Shown piece by piece: positions 51,771 through 64,000 of a stretch of 64,000 nt of DNA. Location: positions 186,001 through 250,000 of the forward strand of contig RSEE01000087.1 of assembly GCA_003971905.1 (NCBI GenBank). Reading direction: 5' to 3'. Under the pieces are notes generated by a model that saw only the letters and a list, made by a program, of their open reading frames with translations, had not been told where the DNA came from and ran no database searches. Positions within the stretch are counted from its first letter, which is position 1. Each line of letters begins with the position of its first letter. This stretch comes from Moniliella sp. 'wahieum' (lineage: Eukaryota). Both the position numbers and the translations under genes were made by a program.

Positions 51771-52102
51771 CCCTCTCACCCCTCGCCCTCCGGCCTACCC
51801 CGCTCTCACCCGCCAGCTCGGCAGCCCCCCATGCCGTCGACTGTGCCGTTACGCGTACGTTTTGTCCCTCGCTTCGCTGTTTCTTTTCTGTCGTGGTTAC
51901 CTACCCTTTTTTCATTTTTCCTTCACGAGCGCCCTCTGCTTCCGCCTTTTACCATCCGTCGATTGTCGTTGCTATGCATACTATGACTGTCAAGGTGGAA
52001 TGTGAGAACGATGGTGGTGGTGGTAGGTACACCTTGATAGATGCCAGACCGTCGCGCCCCGACAGCCGGAGCGGCGCGTGGGGTTTCGACGTGTGTTGCA
52101 TG

Positions 52103-55100
52103 TTAGCTGCGCTCGATGCGCGCAATCAGTTCGGCCCGCTTGGCCGAATCGGAAAAGAGGGCACGGAGGAGCTGGGTGAGCTCAGCGGGAGCAAAGTCGC
52201 GCAACGCGCCCGCTTCGCCCCAGAGAAAGGCAATGTCGGCCAACGAGCCGGTAAGCACATCGGCCAAGTAGGTCGCCTTGAACCAGGTAGGCACAAACGG
52301 CGCGGCCACCGCCGACGCCCGTTCGTCCGTCACCCCGGCCGCCTCGGCTTGGGCCGCGTCGGCGGCCGCGCCCGCGTCCACGCCCAGCGCCGCCGCGGCC
52401 ACCATGCGCCCCAGCGGGCGACGCAGCTGGGAACACAGCTGCTCCAAGCGCCGGCTCTCGTTGTCCGAGATGTCCTCCAGCGCTTCGATCTGGCCCACAA
52501 CGCTGGCCAGCGCCAGGTTGGCCAGGCGGCCCAGCGCACGCGCCGTCGCGCTCGCCGGCACAACGCCTTGCCATGCACGTGCCAGCGACGCCAGTGTGCC
52601 CACCACCTGCGCCACCGCCTCTCCGCCGCTCCGAACCGATGCACATTCGCCAGCCCCAAAAAGCCCCCGGCCGAGAGCAAGCTGCGGGACACGAGGCCTT
52701 CTTGCACACGCTGTCATTCCATTCGCACAGGGAGCGGAGGTGGTTAGTCAGTCCGCTCAGTCGCAACAAGAAGGACAGGATGAATCGATGAGTGGATGAG
52801 TCGGCGATCGCAACGTACCAATTGATGCTCAAAGCATTCGTGACCCATCATGCCCAGGCGCTCGGCTCGTTCGTGCAGCTCCTCCTGCACCGCCTCGCCC
52901 ATGCGCATCGCAGCCGCTTGCACCCACGCGGCCATCGTCGCACAGTCGTTGCGTACTGCCCGGCCAGCGCAGGCACACTGCTCGCCTCGGCCCCATACGT
53001 GGCGGGCAGCGTGGCAATGTACACGTCCACCGCGTCCACCACGCTGGCTTGCACTAGGGCGGGAAGCGAGCTGCCAGACGGCACGGATTCGTGCGCACCA
53101 GCCAGTTCCATAACCTCCTTCACTTCTTCCAGTCCTGCCAGCTCGGCGAGCTCGGCCAGGTCAAGCCCACCTCCCGCACCACTACCATCCGCCGCGGTAG
53201 CACGTTCGTACAGCGCAACCAGCTCCTCCAGCTGCGCCCGCACCGACTCGGTACGGACCGAGATCTGACACGCCTCTTCCGCCGGCAGCGCGGGTGCGAG
53301 CGGGGGTGGGCTGGGCGAGAGCGCACCTGCGACGATGATGGTATACCCGCCGTTGCCATTGACCCGTCACCCTCTTCGCCCCACCCCCACATATCCTCCT
53401 CTTCCGCGGCGGCGGCGGCAGGCGCGACAGTCAACAACGGCACCCCTCTTTCACGTGCCTCAGTGGCAGCCGCAGAAGGGGCATGTGCTTCCGCCTCGGC
53501 ACCCGCCGTTCGACTCAAGGCCGCATGCGCAAGGTCTGGGGGAGGGTGGGCGGGAGGCGCCACATGCGGTTGGTCCGCTGCGCGGGCGGGGCGAGACCCA
53601 AGGAGCGTGTCCACCTCGCCCTCCTCCTCCTTATCATTCTCGTCGTTGCTGTGCGCCCGCGAGGGAGAAGAGGAAAGGTCCCACGGATCCGAACTGCCTT
53701 CGCCGCTTGGGTACGGCGGCTCGGCCCCAGACCCTACCCCCGGCCCTTCTCCTCCACAACAGCAAGGGGAGCATCTGCCTCGGGCGGCGGCGGGTTGGCA
53801 GCGGGGGACGCGCTTGCATGGCGCACCTCCCGCCCTGACCCCGGCCGTACCGAAGGAGGCGATGCGTGCACAAAGGGGGAGGAATTGCGACTGAGCGCGT
53901 CCCACGAACTGCCAGACGTGCCCTCGCTCCCCTTGGGTGGGGGGGCAACAGCCGTGTGGTTGGCGTAGGAGTCTGAGCGACCCGGTGACTGGACACCCTC
54001 CTCCTGCTCTGCGTCCGGCGGTTGGGGGGCGCGGCAGGACTCGAAGCATCGTCATCCGCATCGAGATCCAGATCCCAGGCGTCTTCTGCCATCGCACTCG
54101 ATTCAGGTCCGGCACGCGGTTCTTCTTCGTGCAACGTAAAGGACGCTTGTTCGGCTTGATCAGGTGCAGGCGCCGTCGGTCCAGGACTTGCCTCGAACCG
54201 CTCGGGTACCACGTCAGCTGCTGCCCCCATCGGGGCAGCATCAACGCTGGGCTCTCTCTCAGCGTGTAGTGGCGGTGAGCGTGTTTGGTTGGGTAGAGGT
54301 GGGTGCTGGAGATGAATAGGCCCAGTTTCAGGAAGCATGCTCGAGGGCGGCGAGGGTGCACCAACGAGCGGGGGGGACAAGTCCCACGCATTCGTGTCCT
54401 GCGGTTGAGGAAGGGGTTGAAGGTCAGGACTCGAACGCAAGTCGAGAGGCTGCCCTTCCTGGGTTCCCGCCAGCGGATCCGTCTCAAAGTCCCACTCGTC
54501 CGCTTGTGCGTCCTCATCCATCAGGGAGCTTTGGGCCGGGTTTGCCACAGCTGAGGGAGAAGAAGCAGGTGCAGGAGCAGGAGGAAGAGCAGAAACGGGG
54601 GCAGGTGCAGGAGCAGGAGCAAGAACAGGGGAGAGATCCCAACCATCCGTGTCGAGCTCAGCATCCGCCTGACTGACGACCGTATCCGAAACGCCGTGAA
54701 GCGGGGGTGTCCTCGTAGATGCTGTCATGTCTGCAAATGACCGCGTTGGCAGATTGGTGTCAAATGTAGAGGCAGGCTCGGCTTCGTTAAGAAGAAGGCC
54801 AGCCTGAGTTTTGCCATCAGATCCTTGTGGAGGTAAGGGGGCCCAATCGTCTTCATGTTCGGTCGTGTTTTCTGAGAGCATTCCACAGTCAGTCTCAAGA
54901 TGCACCACAAGGAAGTCCAAACGCACCCGTCAAGCGAGGTAGATCCACCCCTTCATGACCTGTATGTCCGTGCGGCTCTGTCAAGCCAGCGAAAGAAGGC
55001 TCCTGGTCGGCATGAGCATGAGAGGGAATGGACGCAAGTATTTTGGGTGACAAGTCCCACCTCCTCGCCTGCCGTGTCCAGGGGCTGTCCTTCTTCGGTG

Positions 55101-58100
55101 CCAGCAGCCGGACCAGCCAGATGCTCATCCGTGGCGGTGAAGGAGTGGATCTCGGTCTCGGGCACAAATACGCGGCCATTGTCCAGATCCAATGGCTGGC
55201 CCTCGTCTGTTCCGGCTTGGACATCATCCCGAGGAAGGGCCTCAGGTGGAACGTCTTGAGAAAAGCCCCATCCATCATCACCTCCCACATCGAGGGGCTG
55301 CCCTTCCTCCGTCCCAGCGCCAAGATCAGTAACAAGACCCTCTCCAGCGACAAATGGCCTTGTCTCTGACACACCAGCATGGCCAACGTCCTTGCTGGGC
55401 AGCTGGATCGTCTCCGCTGCTCGACAGGGGTCGGGAGGGAGGGCCACTGGTGCTATCTCCGGCGAGAAGCCCCATCCGTCATCACCAGCCACGTTGGAGA
55501 CGGCCCTTCTTCGGTCGCAACGCCAGACGCGTGCAGCGCCTTGTCGTCGACCATGAAATCGGTTGGCAGAAATGCTTGGTCCATATTCATGTCCCGGAGC
55601 TGTTCCTCCTCTGCTCCTGCGTGCGCTTCGGTGGGGAGCAGGGGCGCGGGTGCCAGCGGCGGGGACAAATCCCACCCATCATCGCTGGCAATGTCGAGCG
55701 CCTTTTCTTCCGCTCCAGTACCAGAGACGGGCAGAGGCGCATCGGCAGAAGGGGGTGAGAGCGGTGCTGTGGCAGGTCCCGCAGGCTCCAACAGCGTCGC
55801 CTCCTTCGTCGCGCCGGCTTCGCTGTGGCTGGGCAGATGCGGGGTAGCGGCCAGCACCGGCGACAAGTCCCACGCATCCTCTGCGTCAGCACCGACTTGC
55901 CGACTCTCTCTCCCTATCGGCACTGGGAACAGCTTCATCAGGCGCCGGGGCGGACGAAGCGCCAGGGGCAAAGGCAAGGCCAACATCCACATCCAGCGGT
56001 TGGCCTTCCTGGGTACCTGCTTGGGTGTCTAGAGCAAGATCCGCGGGGGCCATCTCGGGCGAAAATCCCCATCCATCGTCCTCAGCAGTATCAAGAACAT
56101 GCGCCTGCTCCGTCCCAGCGTCGGGAGCTACCAATGGCACGCTCGCTGCGCCGAAGGACGGCAGATCATGCGGACCAACAGGCACATTCAGCGGTAGCCC
56201 CTCCTGCGTACCTGCCTCAGTGGGTAGAGGAAGAGGCGCAGGCGCCAGCTCGGGCGAGAAGTCCCATGCAGCATCGCCAGGGATGTCCTGAACTTTCTCT
56301 TCTCGGCCTCAACGCCGGAAGAGGCAATGTGCTTGTTCTGGGCCGTCACGAGCTCAGGCTCAGGTGCCTCGGTCGGGTCCGCCTGGCCAACGTTCACGTT
56401 CACGTCCAGTGCTTGCCTCTCCTGCGTACCTGCTTGCGAGGTCAGAGGAAGAGGCGCAGGTTCCAGCTCGGGCGAGAAACCCCATGCATCATCGCCCGTA
56501 TCGTTTAGAGGCTGCTCCTGTTCGGCTGGAGTGCCTACCTGGGCCGCCTCGGTACCCGCGTGAGTGGGGAAAGCCAGGGGCGGAGACGCCGCCTTGGGCG
56601 ACAAGTCCCACGCATCCTCCCCGTCCGTGTCGATATGCGCATCATCCCCCCTATGAGGTGGAGCAGACGACAGAGGCTCATCCTGCATGGCAAGGGTCTC
56701 CGGTTCCCGTTCCAAGACATGGCCTACCTCCCCATTCTCCACATCCTCCACATCCAGCGGCTGGCCTTCCTGCGTACCCGCTCGCGTGTCGAGATCAAGA
56801 GGCGCCGATGCCAGGTCGGGCGACGCCCCCCATGCACCATGCTGATCCACGTTCAGAGGTTGACCTTCCCGGTCCCGGCGCCCGGGGGGAGAAGGAGAAC
56901 GGGGGGGATGCGGTCGGGCCAGGCAAGGAATGCGCCTCATGGGGACCATGCTGATGCAGCGGTTGGCTTCCTCCGTACCTGCTCTGGCGAGAGGAAGAGG
57001 CGCAGGCGCCTCTTGGGGCGAAAAGTCCCATCCGTCGTCCTCGGTGATGTCTAGCGGCTGGCCTTCCTCCGTCCCTGGATGGGGGGGGCGGAAGGGACGT
57101 GCGCCGCCGAGGGTTGGGTCGTCAGAGGCGGCAAGACATGTGCCTCCTCAGCACCCGCGTCCACCACCTGCCCCGCATCCGTATCCACCAGCGTATCTGG
57201 CAATGGCGCCGGCGCCAGCTCAGGCGAAAGGTCCCATCCTTCGTCCTCAACAGGCAGAGACGAAGTGAGCGCCGGCGGCCCTTCGGTCGGCCCTGGCACA
57301 GTATCGCCGTCAGGGGTCTGGTGTGTCGAGAAGTCCCATCTCGTTGGGCCGGCGGGTTCCATCGGTTCGGATGTCCCATGCTCCGGCAGGCTCGCTTCCA
57401 AGGGTGGAGAAAGGGCGTTTTGCGTAGACGCAGGCACTGGCGGGAGAAGCGCACTGGCCAGATCAGGGGCCGGAAGGGGCTCCCCTTGCTCCAGGTTGAG
57501 ACCGGCCGGGTGGGTGGGAGGCAAGGCAGACGGCAGGGGCCCAGCGGCGTCGACGGCGGCTACCCCTCCGTCCGAAACTAACGAGCCCACCTCACCATCC
57601 TTCGCGCTCAGCGGTGCTTCCTCGTCGGGCACGGGCGCAACAGTGTCCGAGCCACGACGGACAGCCGCGTGACTGTCGATATCGACAGGATGGCCCTCCG
57701 CCGTGCCGTCATAGGAATCCAGAGCGTCATCCGACGGAAAGTCCCACCCTTGCGTGCCGTTGTCCCACCCGCCCAGCGCGGGGCCTGCCTGCGTGCCAGT
57801 GTCGTCGTGCCCAGCGGGGAGGGTGAGATGCGCGTTGTGCGCAGCGGCAGACGACCGGGGTGGCTCCGGCATCGCGTTCTCCAAGAACGGTACGAGCGTA
57901 GCTGGCACGACCGAATCGTCCGTCGCAGCAGGGCGCGTAGGGGAAGAGAGGTCCCATCCGCCCGCCTCGCTTCCTTGGTCCGCCAGGGCAGACGGGGCCA
58001 GTGGCGGTGTAGAAAGAGCAGTAGAGGGCTGGACTAGCCCCTCGGGCGGGCGGGGGGTTCGGGCGCCCTCTTGATCGTCCGTGGTCAGAGGGGGGAGAGG

Positions 58101-61100
58101 CCAAGCTAGCTTGGTCAGCCAGCTGCGGGTTCACAACGAGCGTGTTGGCCGCTGTGGTCGGGGGGGAGGCCAGACCCAGACCAGGCCTAGCAGGACTGGG
58201 CGACCCGGCGTGGTCAGGAGATGCCACGGCATCCATGCTGGCGACAGAGCCGGGGCGGGAAGTAGGCAAGGCAGTTTCCGAGGACAACGGCAGGACGGGC
58301 AAGGCTCGGGAAGACGGGGCAGCCGGGATGGAGGGCGGAGGCGAAGAAGCTCGAGGCGCCGACGATGAGGGCAGCTCGAGATCCCATGCGCCATGCTGCA
58401 ACGGCGATGGCGACGGAGGAGCCTCGTGCTTCCACCCACCCTGCTGAGATGGCGACGGCGTGACCAGCTCCAGCTCGTTAGCCGTCCGCGAGAAGCTTTC
58501 GTCAGCAGGAACAGGAGGCGTACGCAGACGCTCGACCGGCTCTGGCGCAAGCACTGCCGCAGATGACTCCCCTGAGACATCCCACTCGTCCGCCGTGGTC
58601 GCAAGAGCGCCCGACGGAGTCGTAGAGGTTGGTACGCCGGCCTTCTCAGTCGCAGGCGGGGCGCGAAACAGCTGGCTCCTTCGGGCGGAACGTGTCGTCG
58701 CCCAAGTCCCAGGCATCCTCGCCAGGCGAACTATGATCAGCAGGCGCTGCAGATGCAGCAGGCGTCGCAGAACCAAGCGCATCCAACTCCTCGGCTCGCT
58801 CGCCTTGCCCAGGGGCTGGGGAAGGGGCGGTAGGCGGAGGCGGGGGCGAGGCAATGGGGGGCAAAGACACGACGCGCGTGGGAGCAGCACTCGCGCTCTC
58901 TGAGGGAACCAACTCTGGAGCCAAGTCCCAAGCGTCCCCTAACCCACGTTCTTCCCGGCGGTACCGACGCTTGTGACGACGTGCGCGACAGACTCGAGGT
59001 GGGCCGCGGGGGAGGGACATGTGGGAGCTCAGCGTCGCACTGGGCCGCCGCGGGGCCGATGAGGGGGATGCGCGGTGCGCTTGCGCGGCAGCGCGAGGCT
59101 AAAGGGGGAATAGGCCGGCGCGGGGACAGGGCGAGCGCAGGTGCCTGCGGCGGGCTGGTGGCGGCCGAAGCGAGTCCTGCCCATGACGAGCCCGCCAGAG
59201 GGCCAGGGAGCGGCGGGGACGCCAAGGAAGGACTGGGCGCCGAGGCCAAGGCAGGGCTGTGCCCCAACGTAGACAGCGTGCTGGGCAACGGAGGAGGACT
59301 GGCCACCACCGGGCGCGGCGACGAGGGCAACGCGCTGGAGCCCAGATCGGACCCCAGCACGGGCACGGGCACCGGGCTGGGCGACGGGCGCAACGGAGGA
59401 CTCCCGCCGCGCTGCCCGCAACGCTGCCCGCGACACTGCCCGACACGCTGCCGGCCATGCTGCCGCCCAAGCTGGTGCCAGCGAGGCCCAGGCCGGACCC
59501 AAGCGCGCGCGCGCCTGTGCCTGCGCCTGCACTCGCGCCGCGCCGAGGAGGAGCGGACTTGGCCCAGCCGCGAGGGCAGGGCGCGGCTGGACAGGGCGCT
59601 GGACGAGCGAACGGACGAGGCTTGGCCGGGACCGGAAGCGGAGGTTCTTCCAGCCCCCACGCATCTTCGTCCGAAGGGAACGGGCCCGAACCCAACTGGG
59701 CCTGCGCTGGGATTCGGCGCGCCGCCAGTTTTTCCGTCCTCCCCGCGCCATCCCCGTTCCGATGGAGTTGGATGGGGCCAGGCTCGCTGCCGGCGTCGGC
59801 GAGGCGCGGGAGACCATGCGTCCGCTACGGGCAATGCCACCTGCTGCCGAAAGGGGCTGGGATCCTCCACGCCCGCAGGGTGGTGGGCTGAGCCAAGGGC
59901 GTTGCAAAATCTTGGTTGCTGCTCGTGTCAAACTCTGAGCCGGGGAGCGCCAGAGGCGGAGCACCGATCGATGCGTACACAGCCGTCGAAGTAGACAGCA
60001 TTGAGGGACTGTCGCCCACCGATCCGGTGGCGCCCCAGGTACCTGGCCACTAGCGGCATCGCGCACACGGGCCACCTGGGCCGCCAGCACGGCTTTGCGC
60101 ATGGCCGTGGGTGTGTCGCGGGCGGCGATAAGGAGGCGTGCAAGCGTCGTGCGTGCCTCGGTCGCTTGCGCTTGGCCCTTGGCCATCAAGGGTTCCGACA
60201 TTGACAAACGCTTCCATGCCTTGAGGAGTTGAAGTGCCTCCTCCCGGGCCACCGACGCTTCCTCGGCCGGGAGCGAGTGCAGGTCGATCGCGGCCAATTG
60301 AGCGCGGTGCCAGGCCAAGAGGACGTCGACAGTGCGCTTGCGCAACAACCGCACCTCCTCATCCTGGGGCGCAGGAAGGTCCTCCTGACTATGAGGTGAG
60401 CTCAGTGTTGCCGTTGCTACGGCCGCGATCAGCTCAGTCACTCGGACCAGGGTTTCGGATGCGGGGCCCGGAGGCCAAGTCAAAGTCACGGCATAGCGAG
60501 ATACGGCTTGGAGGTCCAAGCGAGGGTCCAGTGGGGGAGGCTCTAGGGCAACCCTTGTGGCAGGCGCAACCTGTTCGGCGGCATGCCAAGAGGTGTGAAG
60601 AGAACGTTCTCAAGGGTGGTCAGGAGGGCAGAGAACACAGTAGGGTGAAACGAAAGGAGCAACGGGACCAAGTCGGAGGTTAGATCAAGCGAATGCGCCG
60701 GGCCATCACGCAGAGCGGCAACCGAGATGGACGAAGCCAAGGCCAAATGGACCGTAGTCGGCTTGGCTGGCTCGTTCGGCTCGGTTGACTCGGTGGTCAC
60801 TTGGACCGCGCCATGCCAGGCAGCAAGCGTGAGCGCGCTTGCTTGCTCCATCACCTTGTCGGCGCGGGCGGCGATGGCATGGACAAAGCCAATGCCAGGA
60901 GAAGACAGGGCCCAGGCTTGCGGGCCTTGCGCCAGCTCCTGGACGGCCGCTTGGGCCTTGGGGCCGCTGACGCAGAGGACGTTGGAGAGGTCGCCACTGG
61001 CCCAGGCGAGCTCGGCTTGCTCCACCGCCTGAAGCGGCGCAACCAGCGCTTGACACAGCTCTGTCAGTGCCCGGAGGCGGGTGTGTTGGCCGACCAGACC

Positions 61101-61570
61101 GGTGTGACCGCGGCGGGGACAGAGATGGGCTGTGCAGAGCCAGCAAGTGCCAACACGACCAACCAAACAAACAAACAAACACGAGTCAGTAAGGGAAGGG
61201 CAGGGGCCAGTCTGGCCCGACCTAGACGTACGTCGTGAGCAGCATCGATCGGCGCAAGCGAAGGAGCGGCGCGAAGACGGGCAAGGCGGGCGCGCAGCTC
61301 GTCGACCCGCGCAGGCAGGGAATCGGCGGTTTCAGCATGGTGGGTAAGCTGCTGGGCATGCTGGCGGAGATGGGCAAGGAGGCGGGTCTGGTGGGCATGG
61401 ATCTGCGCATCGAGCAGGGTGGCCTTTGCGCTGGGCGGCAGCACGGGCAGGGCGGCGGCGGAGCCCGGCGTGGCGGAGGAAGCGGGCGCGGGCGGGGCAA
61501 GCGACACGCCGGCGTTGATGGCGACCAGCACCGAGCGGACATCCGTCGGCGGGCCAGCAGGGGCCGACAT
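52103..61570 (-). CDS. DSL1: Dsl1/ZW10 ER retrograde tethering subunit with a hugely expanded acidic Trp-motif lasso; introns 61130-61231 and 52711-52818
   Basis: C-terminus IEALEDISDNESRRL...FVPTWFKATYLADVLTGSLADI.FLW..GAL.DF...EL..LLRALFSDSAKR is a ZW10/Dsl1 C-terminal signature. VPALA..Y.NDC motif present; helical N-terminal region at 61570-60050; continuous coding-like sequence in between. Confidence 0.8.
54600..57260 (-). repeat. Intragenic imperfect tandem repeat of about 200 nt (about 65-70 aa) in DSL1, about 14 units
   Basis: Recurring [DE]D[GA]W[DG][LF]SP.LAPAPL...AGT[QE]EGQPLD peptides; nucleotide similarity visible between 56205-56280, 56422-56497 and 56972-57045. Confidence 0.85.
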
Positions 61571-62070
61571 GGCGTGGGCGGTGCGATGCGATGCGGGCGA
61601 GGGGGCGAGGGGGCGAGGGGGGCGATGGAGATGGTGGGCGCGATGGAGGCGATGATGGGCGCGATGGAGGCGATGGAGGCGATGGAGACGAGGGGGCAGG
61701 CGAGGCAGGTGGCTGCCATGCCACGTCAATATCAATCGCCTTCAAGCTTCAATAGCCCCGCCCTGCCCACCGCCTGTTCCGCCCGCAGCGGAACGGAGTG
61801 GAGTCACCGGCCGCCAGCTGCCTGTCTGCGCCCCCGGGGGCCTACGATGGGCTACGACGTGCTCTGCATGGCCGGCGCCATGGCGGGCATGCAGTCTGCG
61901 GCGGGATGGGATGGGACGAGATGAGATCAACTGGGACGAGGCGCAGCGGGAGCAGAGCAGAGCAGGAGCTATGGCGGCGGCTAGCGCAAATGTGCCCCGG
62001 CCGAGCCGGCCCCGTCGGGCCCAGCACACACACAGCCGCGCGGCGCGTCCATCGCCACGGCGGGCGAGCG

Positions 62071-62492
62071 CTACGAGTCGACGTCGACGCCTCGTTGGCG
62101 GAGGTAGTCCTTGGCCTCTTTGATTTCCTGCACAACGGGGCTGCCCGTGTTAGCCCAGCACCGCACACCGCCAGCACCGCCGCTGCCGCCGCCAACGACG
62201 CGACTGGGGACGGGGGAGGGAGCCAGCGGACAAAGGAGAGCAAGAGCAAGCAACGTACGACCAGCAGTTCTTCGTATGCCTTGGGCGTGTCGTTGAAGTA
62301 GTACAGGCCCTTGCCCAGCTCGTACATCAGGTGGCAGCCCACCGCAATCAGCGCCCACCACGGCAGCGCGGCCAGCACAGCGTCCGCCGTGGCCTGCGGC
62401 ACGAGCGGGACGGGGAGGAGGTGGAGCCAGAAGACGAGGTATGCGCTGGCGACGAGCGCCAGCTTGGTGGCAAAGCGGGTGGCGCGGGTCAT
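62071..62492 (-). CDS. DPM3: Dolichol-phosphate mannosyltransferase subunit 3; intron 62128-62258
   Basis: MTRATRF...LPWWALIAVGCHLMYELGKGLYYFNDTPKAYEELLV|EIKEAKDYLRQRGVDVDS. Intron GTACGT...GCTAAC...CAG. Confidence 0.93.
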
Positions 62493-62697
62493 GGCGGGCA
62501 GGAAAGGGCAGGGCAGCGAGAGGCAGCGCCGATGGTTAGATGGTCGTCGTCTCCGCCCAGACAGACCCCCGTCGCCCACCACCACCCCAGCGTCTGACGT
62601 AAGCGCTGCCACGTCTGTCACCCCATGCGCACCACCCCCACGCCATGCGCACCACCGTCCCCACCACCACCAGCTGAATGCATTCGTTTCCCGCCCC

Positions 62698-64000
62698 TCA
62701 TCGCCCCGGCGGCACCATGTCCTCCACCGCATACGGAGCCAGCATCGAGATGAGCGTCGCCCAATCCTCCCGCGATCCATCCCCATCCCATTCGCCGCGC
62801 CGGGCCCTACGTCAGCCCCTGGCGGCGCCGGCCACAGCCCATCGGGCTCAAATGCCGCCACACCGGCCCCCAGCGACGACGATGGCGAGAACGTGGGCTG
62901 GATGGGCGGGATGGGGCCTGGCGCAGACGCAGATGCAGGCCTAGGCTTGGGCACCGACCCCGACGCAGAGGCCGAGGCAGAAGCAGGAACGGGAGCAGGC
63001 ACAGGAACGGGGGCAGGCACAGGCACCGGCACCGGCACAGGGGCAAAGGCACTTTCCATCCAAGCCCCTGGCCAATTGCTCGTAGGCGCATCCAAATGCT
63101 CGTTCATCCCGCTCAAGATGGGCGCCGCCAAGGCATTGTAGATGTGTTGGGGGTTGAGTTTGCGTGGCGAGGCGGCGGTCAGGTTGGAGGGCAAGGTAGA
63201 TGTAGGCGACAGCGTCACTTCCATCCCCATGGGCGCAGGGGGACAGGCGCAGGGGGACCGCCCCAAGAAGAAGGCAGCGCACTCGCTCGGCTGCCCCGTC
63301 GGTTGCCTGGCGGTTCGGGCCCCGGCCCCGCCGCTGGGCCGGGAGCAGGCGCAATCAAGGTGCGGTCCATGTGCGACGCAGCTCGGGCTCGGGCCGCCCT
63401 GACGTCCGGTCCGGGCCACAGGGACGGATCGGGATCGGGATCGGGATCGGGACCGGGATCAGGATCGGGGTCGGAGGCCGCGGCGCCGTTGGGGTGCGCG
63501 CCGAACCGAAGCGGGTTGTTGAGCTCGGCCCAACCGAGGCGGGACAGAACGGGCGCGGACGGTCCCATGGCCACTGGGAGCGGTAACCGTCCCGTCGTCG
63601 CATCGGAGCCGCGAGCGGGAGCTAGCAGGTCCCTTGCAGTGGGACCAGCCTCTTCGGACACCGGTGGTACCGCCTCAAAACGCGCGCCCAACCCCCCTTT
63701 CGCCCGCGAGTCTGCCAGAGACGGCGACGAGGACGGATGCGCGGTACGCGTATCGCTGTAGGGTAGTCGCGGCCATAGTCGGCAGGCACCGGCGCGGGTG
63801 CTGGCACCGACGTTGGTACCGACGTTGGTGCCGACGTCGGGGCCGATGGCATGCTAGATCCGCCCTCCGAGGCCCGATGGCCCATGGCGGGGACCGAGGG
63901 CATGGGGGGCACGAATTGCGCGTCGGCCATTTCCTTGACTTTGATGAACATCTCTACGATGCGGATTTCGCGATCGACCACGCGACCGGCGCCGGCGATG
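62698..64000 (-). CDS. 3' part of a gene entering from the right edge; P/S/D-rich tail ending DWATLISMLAPYAVEDMVPPGR (possibly a transcription-factor C-terminus)
   Basis: Coding-like fragments VDREIRIVEMFIKVKEM, IYNALAAPILSGMNEHLD, NWPGAWMESAF. No DNA-binding domain within the window. Confidence 0.45.

Noticed and set aside
54600..57260. Regularly spaced repeats resembling a CRISPR or other non-coding array
   Set aside because: The units are degenerate, conserved mainly at peptide level, and lie inside the DSL1 reading frame of a eukaryotic genome.

Overview
High-GC, gene-dense eukaryotic DNA with short GT-AG introns and CTRAC branch sites. By inference it is a basidiomycete fungus, probably Ustilaginomycotina (smut/Exobasidiomycete-like). 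About 22 protein-coding genes are recognisable: SDE2, an RQT4/TRIP4-like zf-C2HC5 protein, a single-pass membrane SH3 protein, FAU1/MTHFS, DOT1, NNR1/NAXE, dynactin p62, signal peptide peptidase, CDC48, ISD11, PRS1, a Mug60-like KH protein, an AGC kinase, an orphan response regulator, a BEM3-like PX-PH-RhoGAP, a giant DSL1/ZW10, DPM3 and several hypothetical genes. Most genes are broken by 1-nt deletions in homopolymer/GC runs, which points to an unpolished long-read assembly rather than pseudogenes, so gene ends are approximate. No rRNA, tRNA, CRISPR array or transposon was recognised. Most notable: (1) a DSL1/ZW10 of about 9.5 kb whose COPI-binding lasso is expanded to about 2000 aa, with about 28-30 acidic Trp motifs built partly from an approximately 200-nt tandem repeat; (2) intergenic arrays in a 7-bp register, often a palindromic hexamer plus one spacer base, with different hexamers sharing one register; (3) a tandemly duplicated C-terminal fragment of ribosomal protein uL15/RPL28 next to one such array; (4) a stand-alone receiver-domain response regulator.
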